Positions 12,651-25,519 are shown, numbered from the stretch's first letter. The stretch: DNA of 64,000 bases from Octopus sinensis (GCF_006345805.1 NC_043004.1:69502001-69566000); one strand, 5' to 3'. Numbers and translations are program-made. Notes: generated from the letters alone by a model not told the origin.

Positions 12651-13040
12651 AAGGCAGCTAGCTGGCAGAATTATTCGCACGCCAGACAAAATGCTTAGTA
12701 TTTCGTCTGCTGCTATGTTCTTAGTTTAAATTCCACTGAGGTCAGCTTTGCCTTTAATACTTTCAGGATCGATGAATTAAGTACCAGTTACACACTGGGG
12801 TCAATATAATCAACTAGCCCTCTTCCCCAAAAGTTTTCAAGGCCTTGTGTCTAGAGTAGAAATAATGATAATAATAATAATAATTATTATTAAGGTGGTG
12901 AGCTGGCAGAATTGTTAGCATGCTGGGTGAATTGCTTAATATTTCATCTGTTGCTACATTCTGAGATCAAATTCTGTCAAGGTTGACGTCGCCTTTCGTC
13001 TTTCAGGCTCGATAAAGTAAGTACCAGTGAAATACTGGGG
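12651..13040 (+). mobile_element. Two tandem family B SINEs
   Basis: aaggcagctagctggcagaa and aaggtggtgagctggcagaa heads with a (TAA)n spacer. Confidence 0.8.
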
Positions 13041-13110
13041 TTTCCACCTTGGCATCTAAAACTCGGAGTTTTATCATGGCTACCAAATAATAGTCACATA
13101 TTACTTTTAC

Positions 13111-13168
<58 letters not shown>

Positions 13169-13486
13169 CATACATACACACACACATACACAAGCAAGCA
13201 AGCTATGACCCTAACAAACTTCTTAGTTCTTAGAAGTATAGTATACTCTGAGTCACATTAGTAGCAACATGGACCTTTTCCCTCTTCTTGCTCTATTAGA
13301 GAATTGGAGTAAAATTATATTAATGTGTCCAACTGATTAAAAAATTATATTTAAATTATGCAGCTGAGGATAGCCCTGCATTTAATTTGATTTAATGATT
13401 CCATTGTTCAATTAAAGGAAGCCGCTTGAAACGGTCGTACTGCATCACCTCTTGACATCCTGTTGCTTATTTTGATTATATATATA

Positions 13487-13881
13487 TTACTCTTTACTCT
13501 TTTACTTGTTTCAGTCACTTGACTGCGGCCATGCTGGAGCACCACCTTTAGTCGAGCAAATCGACCCCGGGACTTATTCTTTGTAAGCCCAGTACTTATT
13601 CTATCAGTCTCTTTTGCCGAACTGCTAAGTGACGGGGACGTAAACACACCAGCATTGGTTGTCAAGCAATGCTAGGGGGACAAACACGGACACACAAACA
13701 CACACACACATACATATATACGACAGGCTTCTTTCAGTTTCCGTCTACCAAATCCACTCACAAGGCATTGGTTGGCCCGGGGCTATAGCAGAAGACACTT
13801 GCCCAAGATGCCACGCAGTGGGACTGAACCCGGAACCATGTGGTTGGTAAGCGAGCCACTTACCACACAGCCACTCCTGCG
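13487..13881 (-). mobile_element. SINE family A, full length, young
   Basis: Near-consensus copy: tRNA-like head, CORE-like domain, (actctttt)n tail. Confidence 0.9.
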
Positions 13882-14507
13882 TATATATATGTATATATAT
13901 ATATGTGTGTATATATATATATACACATATATGAACATATGTACTGCACTGTGTGTGCCTGTAGTCAGTTTTCCATTCAATGTGTTTTTTTTGTTTTTTA
14001 ATTTCTATTTATTTATTTATTATAGTTTCTTCTTCCCTCACCAGTTCTATGATATTGATTTCTTTCTTTTGCCCTTTCTTCTTTGCTTGAGATTTCCTTC
14101 TGGTTAAAAACTTCTTCGAAATTAATCATTATATGTATGTGTATGTAGGTATATGTATATATGTGTACATGTATGCTTGTATGTTTGTATATGTATGCTT
14201 GTATATATGTATATATATATGTATCTGTATGTGTGTGTATATTTAGATATTGCTGTTGTTTCTGTTCTACACGTCTATCATTCCTTTTTTTCTTTACCAC
14301 ATGATGTTTTTGATGTGATGAAATTATTTCATGTTTTAACAAGAATTATTAGAAAATATTTTTTTCTTTACATACTATCTCCTCCTCCTCCCCCCTCTCT
14401 CTCTCTCTCTCACTCACTCACTCACTAAAAGACATTGTTATAATTTTCATGAAAATATTTCATGTTTCAACAAGAATTATTAAAATTTTTAGAAAAGCTT
14501 CTTCTTT

Positions 14508-14587
14508 AGATATATATATATATAATATATATATATATATCCATATATAAATTGATAAATATAGATAGACATATATATAATATATAT

Positions 14588-14664
<77 letters not shown>

Positions 14665-14810
14665 CCATATATAAATTGATAGATATAGATAGACATATAT
14701 ATATTATATATATATATATATATATCCATATATAAATTGATAGATATAGATAGACATATGTATATATATATATATATATATCCACATATAAATTGGTAGA
14801 TGTAGACAGA
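14508..14810. repeat. Compound (TA)n minisatellite with unit atccatatataaattgatagatatagatagac
   Basis: Unit seen four times between TA tracts. Confidence 0.8.
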
Positions 14811-15574
14811 CACACACATGCATATATACATACATTAGACAGATAGATTGTACTGTATCTTACTCATTAAAATCTATATAGTTGAGATTTCCCAATTTCC
14901 TCTCCGACTAAATAGTATTTTAAACAAGAGTAAATCTCTTCAATATTTTCATAATACTGGTTTTCGTTTTTTTTCTCTTTCCCCGTATTATTCTTCTACC
15001 GTTTTTTTTTCTTTGTTTTTCTCACTCATCTTGAACACATTCAAGTTCAGTCTAATGTCTTTTAGCCCTCATAGCCCTACGTCCTTGGGCTTCTGCTGAG
15101 ACTATTGTCCTTGTACTTCTTAAGTGACTGTGTTCAGGTTCTTGCGATCTGTGTGTGTGTGTGAATCTCATTAACAGTAGCAGTATTGTTCTTATGTATT
15201 CTTTTCTGTGCAGGCATGAGTTAGATGTGACTTCCTAAGGCAGGTTTGTTTCCTTGAGGCCAGTCCTTTCAGTGACCTGTTCTAATGTGTCACAAATGCC
15301 CATATACCAAGAATTGATGTGGTTTCAGTATCTAGGATGCATATTTGATGCTAGCATGAGTCAGTCATAATTTTTTGAGACAGATTTTCCACAGCCCACG
15401 TCTTTCAGGTTTTGGATTGTCAATTTCAGGCAATCCAAAGCCTGAAAGAGACAAGCTTCTCTGTTTGAGGCCTGCAAAAAAGTTGCTTGGAACTGGATCA
15501 AATTATTTAAAATAATACATGTAACTCTTACTAAATGTACTGAGTGTCCTTTTCTTTTGTTAATCCACTCACGT

Positions 15575-15780
15575 AATAGCACCCATGTGGTGCCACATAA
15601 AAGCACCCACTACACTCTGTAAAGTGGTTAGTGTTAGGCAGGGCATCCAGCTGTAGAAACTATGCCAAATCAGACTGGAGTCTGGGGATACCCCCCACCA
15701 CCACCACCATCATGCCAGCTCTGGTCACACCATCAAATCCATGCCAGCATGGGCGATGGATGTTAAACGATGATGATGAT
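15575..15780 (+). mobile_element. RTE-LINE 3' end
   Basis: gggcatccagctgtagaaac...ccatgccagcatgg..gttaaacgatgatgatgat. Confidence 0.75.
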
Positions 15781-16534
15781 ATATAGCCACCTGGATGAAT
15801 TCTAACCCATGTAGGCATGGAAAAATGGATGTGAAAATGGTGGCGATGATCAATGATTATCTATACTTTGGTAAACATTTTTCTTGCAAAATTTCAGTAA
15901 AAAGCATGCATTATTAAATAAGTTCTAAGAAAACCTGTTGGAACTGGTGGTGGTGGTGGTGGACATTACTCTCTAGTTATGCCAAGAATCAATTCTCAGA
16001 TCTGTAAGACCTTCACTTAGAGTTAACAGTTATGATAGTTGTGTGTAACGAAGATACTTTCTCTTCTCCGGAAACCCTACATATAACACAATCTAAATCC
16101 AATGCATTGATAGCTTGATCTTGGCTCTAGTATTAAAGCAGAGACTTCAATTAATACTAATTAGTTATTTCTCTGTAAATACTGAACAGTTGAGGAATTT
16201 GTCAAATAAATCTGTCAGTCTACTCAGTTAATAAGTTAACTTTAATTAAATTTAATTAATTAACAAGAAGCTGTTACTGAAATTGGTTTCTATTTGGCAT
16301 GGTTTTATTTTATTTTTTCGTCTTTTTTTTTCTTTTAGTTTTCTCCGTAGGAAACTGCAAATGTTGAAAATTTTAATTAAAAAAAAGAAAAGACTTTTAT
16401 CTCACATTTCATCATTTAAAGGATTAATTGTCGATTAATAACTTACTGGTCAGTAAAATTATTCTGGATTAAAAGAAGGAATGTGTTTTTAATCTGCATA
16501 AAAAGTAATTATGTTTCATGATTATAAATATCTT

Positions 16535-17120
16535 TCATCTTTTACTTGTTTCAGTCATTGGGCTGCGGCCGTGCTGGGGCACTGTCTTGAAGGGGTTTTA
16601 GTGAAACAAATCAACCCCAGTACTTTTTTTTTTATAGAGTTTCAGCATTAGGAAGGGCATCCAACCATAGAAACCATGCCAAAACAGACATGGGGCCCAA
16701 GCAGCTCTTCAGCTCCTGTCAAACCATCCAACAGATGTCAGCATCGAAAACAGACATTAAATGATGATGATTATGATGATGGTGGTGACTTATTCTATCA
16801 GCCTCTTGTTCTGAACCACTAAGTTACAGGGATGTAAACAAACCAGCACTGGTTGTCAAGCAGTTGGTAGGGGAACATACACAGGCACAAAGATATGCAT
16901 ACAGGTGTGTGTATGTATATATACGTGTGTGTGCGTGCATGCACACACACACACACACACACACACAATGGGCTTCCACATAGTTTTCATTTGCCAAATT
17001 CACTCCACAAGTATTAGTGAGCTTGTGGCTATAGTAGATGGTGCTGCAGAGTGAGATTGAACCCTGAACCCGAAACATTGTGGGTGCAAAATGAGCCTCT
17101 TAACCACACAGTCATGCCAT
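16535..17120 (-). mobile_element. SINE family A interrupted by an RTE 3' end (16645-16780, plus)
   Basis: Family motifs on both sides of the (GAT)n-tailed insert. Confidence 0.7.
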
Positions 17121-17435
17121 AACTTTCTTAATACTTAAAAATATCGATTTCTGCTTTTGGCCCCAAGGCCACGAATTTCGCAGGGGAGAAGCATTACAGT
17201 CCAATACTTGACTCGTACTTTATTTTATCCACCCAGGAAGGTCAAAAGATGGAGTTGAAGTCATGTGATATCGTAGTTCCACTGCTGGCACTTGATATTC
17301 TTCATCTGTTATTGATATCTCTTTACTTAGATGCACTAGACTTATATGAGAGTTTCTCAGGATGGTGTCTCAGCATTGTCATAATACATCCACATTACAT
17401 AGGGTACAAAGACTGCCATTAAGTGTGTGTATGTA

Positions 17436-17492
<57 letters not shown>

Positions 17493-18217
17493 ATCTACAT
17501 GTGTATTTCTATGTATGTGTATATATATGTCTGTGTGTATATATATGTAAAAGACAGGGTGGTCACAGCTGGAATGCCTTTTCATGCAAAGCAGAGAATG
17601 TAAACATTTACATATGTACATACACAAACACGCCAGGCTTTGTACAGTTTCTGTCTACCAAATTCACTCACAAGTCATTGGTCAACCAAGAGCTTTATTA
17701 GCAGACAATTGCCTATGGTGCCATGCAATACAACCGAACCCAAAACTACATGGTTGCAAAATGAACTTCTTAACCACACAGCCACCCCTTGCATAATATA
17801 ATGTGATTGTATTTATTTTAGGATGCTAATAAACTCTGGCAAAGCCAGCTACCACTATCAGTATATATGTGTGTGTGTGTGTATATATATAGGGACATGT
17901 GACGTGGGATTACAGCTAAAGTTTCCTAGCCTTTATGAATAGCAAAAAAGGTTTATTTAAAAAGGAAAAATCACAGGAGGGGATGTAATACTAGAACTAT
18001 CAAAACATTTGATATTCTCAGCTGGAAAAGTTATAGTAATTGCAGCAGGTATGTTCATTAATAAGTAGTGTGTGTGTGTGTGTGTGTCTTTGTACATGTG
18101 TCACCTTTTTAAATAATCCCCCCCCCTCGTCTCCCAGTATATCACATGTCAGCTGTTTCACGGTGTTGGCTGTTGTTGTTGTTGTTATGTATCTGACTTT
18201 CTTCATGAGGTTTTGTT

Positions 18218-19012
18218 CCTCTTTTACTTGTTTCAGTCATTGGATTGCAGCCATGCTGGAGCACTGCTTTGAAAAGTTTTTTCTTTTTTTTTTTTTTTCA
18301 CTTGAACAAATTGACACTGGTACTTTTTTTTTTTTTTTAACTCCCAATACTTATTCTGTTGTTGGTCTCTTTTGCTGAATTGCTAAGTTGCAGAGATGTA
18401 AATCGGGGGGGGGTCCCCCCTCCTCCCCCTCCTCCAATGTCTGCTTTCCATGCAGGCATGGGTTGGACAGTTTGACAGAAGCTGGCCAGGCAGAAACCTG
18501 CACCATACTTTTGAGTCTGTTTTGGTGTGGGGTTTTTTACAGCTGGATGCCATTCCTAACACCAGCCACCCTGCAGAGTTGACTGAGTGCTTTTTACATG
18601 TCACCAGCCTAGGTGAGATCAGTTTTGGCATGGTTTTTACAGCTGGATGCCCTTCCAAATGCCAACTACTTCACAGTGTGGACTGGATGTTTTTTTTATT
18701 TATGGGCCCTTTTGACTACTATTTCATTCTGGCAGATCCCACATAGCCATTCAGTGTTTAAAACTAGTTTTATAGAAACTTCTTTCAGAGTACCTATTTA
18801 GTAGTTCACTTCTTAACTTGTGTAGGTTGAACTGTGTAAAATTTTAGATAAAGAAACCTAGCTGATTCTTGCTTTGTAATTTGCTATACATACCAATATA
18901 TACATCTAAAGCAAAAATTTTTCAGAGACCCTTAAATTACTATTGAGGAACCACAATTATTTTGTTGTGTGGACCCCACAAAATCTTATATGGATCCTTA
19001 TAGGGGACCACT
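18218..19012. mobile_element. Cluster: family A 3' part, RTE 3' end (18433-18690, minus), hAT MITE fragment (18700-19012)
   Basis: Homology to other copies in the window. Confidence 0.7.
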
Positions 19013-19087
19013 GATTTAACCTTTTCATAACCGTATTTATTTTGAGAAGCTAACAAAGCTAATGCTTTTGCCGGCTCTCTATCATTA

Positions 19088-19299
19088 TTGATTTCAAATT
19101 TTGGCTCAAGGCCAGAAATTCCAGTGGTGGGAGTAAATTGATTACATCGACCCCAGTGTTCAACAGGTACTTATTTTATTGACCCTGAAAGGATTAAAGG
19201 CAAAATCAGCCTCGGAGGAATTTGAAATCGGAATTTAAAGACAAAATGCTGCTACTAAGCATTTTGCCTGGCACGGTAACAAGTTTGTCAGCTCACCAC

Positions 19300-19335
<36 letters not shown>

Positions 19336-19741
19336 TCTTTCTACTAAAGGCACAAGGCATGAAATTTGGGGAAGGGGACTAGTTGATTATATCACCTCGT
19401 GTGTTTCACTGGTACTTAATTTTCTTGACCCCAAAAGGACGAAAGGTAAAGTTGACCTTGGCAGAATTTGAACTCAGAACATGAAGATGAAAGAAATACT
19501 ACTAACGATTCTGTCAGCTCACCACCTTATAATAATAATAATAATAATAATAATCCTTTCTACTATAGGCATAAGGCCCAAAATTTGCGGGGAGGTGGCC
19601 ATTCAATTAGATCAACAACAGTACACAACTGTTACTTAGTTTATTGACTCCAAAAGGATGAAAAACTAAGTCGACCTCTGCAGAATTTGAACTCAGGACA
19701 TTTCACTCAGCATGCTAATGTTTCTGCCAGCTCACCACCTT
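19088..19741 (-). mobile_element. Three tandem family B SINEs with (AAT)n spacers
   Basis: Copies at ~19088-19300, 19335-19528 and 19554-19741. Confidence 0.8.
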
Positions 19742-19749
19742 ATAACAAC

Positions 19750-19782
<33 letters not shown>

Positions 19783-19814
19783 GATGATGATGATGATCTT
19801 TTTAAATATTTGAT

Positions 19815-20004
19815 TCTTTTACTTGTTTCAGTCATTTGACTGTGGCCATGCTGGAGCACGCCACCTTTTTAGTCGAGCAAATCGACCCCAGAACTTATTC
19901 TTTGTAAGCCTAGTACTTATTTTATCGGTCTCTTTTGCCAAACCGCTAAGTTACGGGAACGTAAACACACCAGCATCGGTTGTCAAACAATGTTGGGGGG
20001 ACAA

Positions 20005-20057
<53 letters not shown>

Positions 20058-20240
20058 CATATATACATACATACAACAGGCTTCTTTCAGTTTCCAGCCA
20101 CGAAATCCACTTACAAGGCTTTGGTTGGCCTGAAGCTATAGTAGAAGACACTTGCCCAAGGTGCCACGCAGTGGGACTGAACCCGGAACCATGTGGTTCG
20201 TAAGCAAGCTACTTACCACACAGCCACTCGTATGCCTATA
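19815..20240 (-). mobile_element. SINE family A, full length
   Basis: Near-consensus copy. Confidence 0.9.
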
Positions 20241-20892
20241 GGAGTGTTTATTATTTGTGACAATACAGTCACTAATAGTAAATAAACAAATGCTTTGTAG
20301 TTAATCTTGCATTACAGACTTTCTTTCTACTGTGTTATTACACAGTGAACTAAACAGACTGATTGCTGAGGATCACTGTCATGTCACTTACAACCATAAC
20401 CACAGATATACACACACATACAGACACACACGTGTATATGTGTTCATAGACACACATTAAATAGGATTATGTGTACACTTGTACAAGCACACACACTTGC
20501 AAACTTAACATGCTCACATATCCATAAATGTACATAGGCTCACTTGTATACATACTTGCATACACACACACAGACTTGGATTCACATATACGCATATGCA
20601 CATATGTTCACTTATATATACATAGACACATTTATACACATAGATACAGGTCGTCGTCAACTTACGACCCATCCGACTTATGACTGATCGACTTTATGAT
20701 GATTGGCATGCCAGCTTCCGGAAACAATAATAAATGATCCGGTTGAAATCTAATGGGTTTACGGAGATGTACTCGCATAGCAAGTGATTTGATCTGAGAT
20801 CGTGTGCTGGAACAAAAACAATTGCAGCGTGTTTGTAAGCCATTTAAGAAACACACAAAAGCCGTTCGATTCACTTCAACATTTAAGTTTAA

Positions 20893-20943
20893 TTTGTCAA
20901 AATATTTTCGTTGCTTTAAGACCGCGACCTGTTCACTGACAAA
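20893..20943 (-). ncRNA. Putative minimal type I hammerhead ribozyme, G3-C8 core variant
   Basis: tttgtca-GTGAACA-g-gtcgc(ggtcttaaa)gcaac-GAAA-atat-TT-tgacaaa: 7-bp stem I, stem II, palindromic stem III. Confidence 0.5.
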
Positions 20944-20977
20944 AATCCGTACTGCATCTCGAGATGCAGCACGGATT

Positions 20978-21027
20978 TTTGTCAGTGAACAGGTCGCGGA
21001 TTTTAGCGACGGAAATATTTTGACAAA
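20978..21027 (+). ncRNA. Second copy of the G3-C8 hammerhead-like motif
   Basis: tttgtca-GTGAACA-g-gtcgc(ggatttta)gcgac-GGAAatatTT-tgacaaa; perfect stem II but GAAA changed to GGAA in this register. Confidence 0.4.
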
Positions 21028-21627
21028 TTAAACTTAAATGTTGAAGTGAATCGAACGGCTTTTGTGTGTTTCTTAAATGGCTTACAAACACCTTCCACGC
21101 TGCAATTGTCTAATGGGTTTAATTTCTTAGAAATTAACCTGTCTATGGATGATGTCAGCTAACAAACGCTTCCCCTGGGTTTGGTTATCGGTTGCCACTG
21201 TGTTGGCTGACAACTATCCTGTCATGGAGACATCTAGGCAACCCTGCATTTGTTTGTCAGATTATTGCTTGAGACTCCGAAATTTTTGACTAATGCCAAA
21301 ATTATAATAGTATAATACAGAATGCTGTGTGTGTCTTTTACCTGAGAATTTACCTTAAGAATGTAAAAATATAAAACAAAGCTATGTAAGCCTCTATAGG
21401 CCGACTTACAACCAAATCAACTTACGACCAGTCAGCTGAAACCAATTGTGGTCCTCAGTCGAAGATGACCTGTACACATTAAGTTATATTACATGAATAC
21501 CTATTCAAGCACACAGATACTCTCATGCTTACACACACACTGAGACTTACATATATATATATTTAATAACAAAGGGTAAAATTCATGGCAAACTTAAGTA
21601 ATACTAATAAAAGGGTTCAGCAAAGAT

Positions 21628-21782
21628 TTGCTTCACCACACACCGAAGTTTAGAAATAGCAGCCAAAAATCTTAGCTATTTCTTCTACTTTAAAAAGGGT
21701 ATCTGGAAGACCCTTTTTAAAGTAGAAGAAATAGTTAAGATTTTTGGCTGTTATTTCTAAACTTCGGTGTGTGGTGAAGCAA
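21628..21782. repeat. Long inverted repeat (73-bp arms, 9-nt loop) between (TA)n tracts
   Basis: ttgcttcaccacacaccgaag...aaaaagggt / accctttttaaag...gtggtgaagcaa. Confidence 0.9.
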
Positions 21783-21792
21783 TTTTTTATTA

Positions 21793-21834
<42 letters not shown>

Positions 21835-22039
21835 GAGTGTATTTTTACCTTGTTAACAATTAACATGGAAAAATAAATAAATAGTTACCAGGGCAGCAAA
21901 ATCTCACAAGTAAAGGTGTTGTAACTCCTTACACATACATAGATTCATTAAATACATGCATACACTCACACATGTACACACAAGACACTCATGCACGTAC
22001 ACACACGGGCTTACATTGACATATACATATATGTACATG

Positions 22040-23125
22040 TGGAAAGGTGTTTGCTCCCGAACCACGTGGTTCCAACTTAGGTCCCATTGCGTGGCCCAAG
22101 GTACCATACCTTTTCTTACTATTGCCCCTGCATGACCAAAGCCTTGTGGGCAGATTTGGTAGACAGAAAGCTTGAAGAAGTCCATTGTATATATGTATGT
22201 GTATGCATATGTCTGGATGTTTGTGTTTGTTTATCCCCCACCACTGTTTGACAACTGGTGTTGGTTTGTTTACTTCTTTGTAATTTAGCACTTTGGCAAA
22301 AGGAAACTGAAAGAATAAGTATTGGGGTCAATTCATCATCATCATCATCATCATAATTTAACGTCCACCTTCCATGTTGGCATGGGTGCGACTTCAAGAT
22401 GGTGCCCCATCATGGCCGCAGTCTTATGACTGAAACAAGCATGGCTGTATTGTAAAGAAACTTGCTTCCCAGCCGCAAGGTTCTGAGTTCAGTCTCACTG
22501 CGTAGCACCTTGGGCTACACAGTTTTCTGCCTTAAGCCTCTGACTAACCAGTGCCTTGTGAGTGGATATAGTTGATGGAAACAGAAAGAAGCCCATCATG
22601 TATATATATACATATACATATATATATATATATATTAATCAGCCGAAATTGCTAAGATGATCTGGTTCTTGACTGATGACTGAGGGCTTCGAATGTCCCG
22701 TCCTGTGGTTCTTGTGTCGTCTCTGTGGTGTTTCATGTTCTTGTCCATGTCTGTAATTATTTTTACTGTTTACCTATATATATACATACATACATACATA
22801 CATACATGTGTGTGTCTTTGTATCTGTGTTTGTTCCCCACTATTGCTTGATGAGTAAAAGATAAAATATATGCACAAGTACCCTGTCATATGTATGTGTG
22901 TGTGTTTTGGTGTTTGTCTTTGCCCCACCACCACCACCACCACTTGGCAACCAGTGTTAGTGTGTTTACATTCCCATAGCTTAGCAGTTCAGTAAAAGAG
23001 ACCAATAGAATAAGTACCAGGTTTAAAAAAAGAAAACTAAGTACCATGGTGGATTCACTTGGCAAAAAACCCTGCAAGGTGGTGCCCCAGCATGATCTCA
23101 GTTTAATGACTGAAACAGATAAAAA
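22040..23125 (+). mobile_element. Cluster of family A SINE pieces
   Basis: Heads at ~22040 and ~22440; tails ending ~22440 and ~23125. Confidence 0.7.
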
Positions 23126-23401
23126 ATAGAAGGCAAACGATACTTAGATACGCTGTGACACATTTACCTATTTTCTGCATTTGAAATCGTCATATATTTG
23201 TTTTTACTTCATTTCTTGTTTTCTTTGTTATGTATTATATAAATGCTATTTGTCAAATAGGTGTTAGGCTCAACTTTCCACCTAACTTAATACAACTGTC
23301 AGCTAGCCCTAGGGTGTCTAGGTACTAAGTACAATAAACAACACGGTTTAGTACTACAGTCAGCTGGTCCTTTCCTGATAGTTCTAAATACATCACTTGG
23401 T

Positions 23402-24325
23402 TTAACCCTTCTAGCATTCAGATTACTCTGATAAATGTGATTATTCACATCGTTTTCAGTTAATCGTGCATTCTGTTGTAGTTCCATGATGTCAGTGATG
23501 TAATTGTTTTTCTCTTCAGCATGACATTGTAGAATAGATCAGCTTAGCTTTTTTTTTAAGTCATGGAGACTCATTGGGACCATTTCTCAGTTTCTGTGGT
23601 GTACATATCCACCCCCTGGAGTGCATTTATTTTGCCAACTGAGTGAACTGGAGCATAAACACAACACATCGCCAGGCCCAGGAATTGAAACTATAATCTT
23701 ATGATCGTGAGACCAACACCCTAACTAGTAAGCCACATACCTCCACATTGTAGCATAGATGTGAGTGGCTGGGTCTGAGTCAGTTTGGACATAAAACGGG
23801 CAGCATATTTGGGGTAGATATCGGTTTCAAATTTTGGCACAAGGCCAGTAATTTCAATGGAAGAGGTAAGTCGATTAGATCAACCCCAGTGCTCAACTGG
23901 TTTGTATTTTATTGACCCCAAAACAATGAAAGGCAAAGTCAACCTTGGCAGAAGTTGAACTCAGAACGTAAAGACAGATGGAACGTAAAGACGTTCTAGA
24001 ATGGCAATGTAGGGTAGGTGTGAGAGGCTGGATCTGGTCAGCTTGAATATAAACAAGCAGAATATTTGGGCCAGATAATGGTTTCAGATTTTGGCCAACA
24101 AGTTCAGGGGTGGGGACAAGTTGATTACAATGACCCTAGTGCTCAACTGGTACTTATTTCATTGACCCCTGAAAGGATGGAAGGCAAAGTCACCTCGGTG
24201 GAATTTGAACTCGGAACATAAAGACGAACGAAATGCCACTAAGCATTTTGCCCGGCATGTTAACGATTCTGCTAACTCATTACCTTATATGGTGTAGAAT
24301 TTGCCAATACAAATGCTAAAGGATT
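23402..24325 (+). mobile_element. piggyBac-like MITE with nested family C (23570-23745) and family B (23822-23990, 24078-24285) SINEs
   Basis: ttaacccttctagcattcagattac start and aatgctaaagg end; nested copies recognised by family motifs. Confidence 0.7.
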
Positions 24326-24634
24326 ATAAACATCATTGTCATGTAGGAATGGACATGGCATCTGAGAGTCCTTTAGTGAAATTCATTGTTGCTTGCATTC
24401 AGACGAGATCCTGCAGTTGCTTCCCTGCTTAAGTTATCACTACACATGTTCAGGTTTGGTCTTGGATACATTTAGCTCTCCATTCTGAAAGAGCTTGCAA
24501 AGATCAAGGAGACTAGCCCTATCCAACTAATTTTGTTTTATATCAAGGTATATAATGAAAGACATGGAACTGTAAATGTTTGGAAAAAAACAAATTAGGA
24601 GTTGGCCATTTTATCTTGTACTTTTTTGTTTTCC

Positions 24635-25350
24635 CATTTCCTTATTTTAGTCATTGGATTGCTGCTATGCTGGGGCACTGCCTTGAAGGGTTTAGTCCAG
24701 GGGTTGCCAAAGGATAGTCCAAGAGACCTAGGAGTCAGTGACGGATTGCAAGGGGTCAATGTTTGCCAAGGGGTTGAATGGGGGTCGGCATGCGAAAGAC
24801 CAGCTCACCCAGATAAACTGTTTGAAATACTTAGTCAGCATCATACCTGTATATTTTAGCTAACATTTTAATTGCTTGCATCAGTATCCAGTACGCTTTT
24901 AAGATATGATAACATAGGGTAGAGTAGTGAGATATTTTAAATGAGGAAGGTGGTCGATGCAGGAAGAAGTGGCTAAAGGGGGTCAATGGTTGAAAAAGGT
25001 TGGTGACCTCTGGTTTAGTCAAACAGATCAACTCAAGTATTTATTCTTTTAAGTCTGGTACTTTATCGGTTTCTTAAATTGAACCACTAAGTCATGAGGA
25101 CATAAACAAACACCAGTTGTCAAGCAGTGTGTGAGGGGGAAGACATGCGCACACACACACACACACACACCACACACACACACACACACATATATGATGG
25201 GCTTTCACAAAGTTTCCTTCTACCAAAGTCACTCACAAAGCATTTATCAGCCCAGGGCTATAATAGATGACATTGCCAAAGGTGCTGCACGGTGGGACTG
25301 AACTGGGATTCATGGCTGTAAAGCAAGCTTGTTAACCACATAACCAGGCA
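24635..25350 (-). mobile_element. SINE family A interrupted by a hAT MITE
   Basis: SINE sequence resumes exactly after the TSD at 25020. Confidence 0.75.
24698..25012. mobile_element. hAT MITE with perfect 8-bp TSD
   Basis: TSD gtttagtc at 24690-24697 and 25013-25020; ends caggggttgccaa / ttggtgacctctg. Confidence 0.85.
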
Positions 25351-25413
25351 TGCTTGTTAACCACATGAACATGTCTGCATCTACTGATACATCAAATTTT
25401 CATATTTTCTATC

Positions 25414-25414
<1 letters not shown>

Positions 25415-25480
<66 letters not shown>
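25415..25480. repeat. (TG)n microsatellite
   Basis: Direct inspection. Confidence 0.95.
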
Positions 25481-25484
<4 letters not shown>

Positions 25485-25519
25485 ATTTTTGAGTGAGTTT
25501 CAGTATTCTAACTTAAGGT

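Larger units (their letters stand above)
20762..21108. mobile_element. Fold-back Penelope-like insertion with 13-bp TSD
   Basis: TSD tctaatgggttta at 20749-20761 and 21109-21121; loopless palindrome 20818-21109 centred at 20960/20961. Confidence 0.7.
20647..21472. mobile_element. Tigger/pogo-like (Tc1-mariner) MITE carrying a palindromic insertion
   Basis: TA-flanked TIRs caggtcgtcgtcaacttacgacc / ggtcctcagtcgaagatgacctg, with subterminal gacttacgac repeats. Confidence 0.75.

Noticed and set aside
13659-13850. Recurrent short ORFs ([28 protein letters not shown]) suggesting a peptide family
   Set aside because: They are read-throughs of SINE family A copies.
14460-14831. YI-repeat ORFs (and many similar ones across the window)
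   Set aside because: Translations of (TA)n/(CA)n microsatellites.
16305-16380. Strong polypyrimidine/AG splice acceptor suggesting an exon
   Set aside because: AT-rich sequence with early stops follows and no convincing donor; cannot be supported without transcript data.
22668-22705. CTGATGA...GAAT hammerhead candidate
   Set aside because: GAAA is absent and stem II is not convincing.
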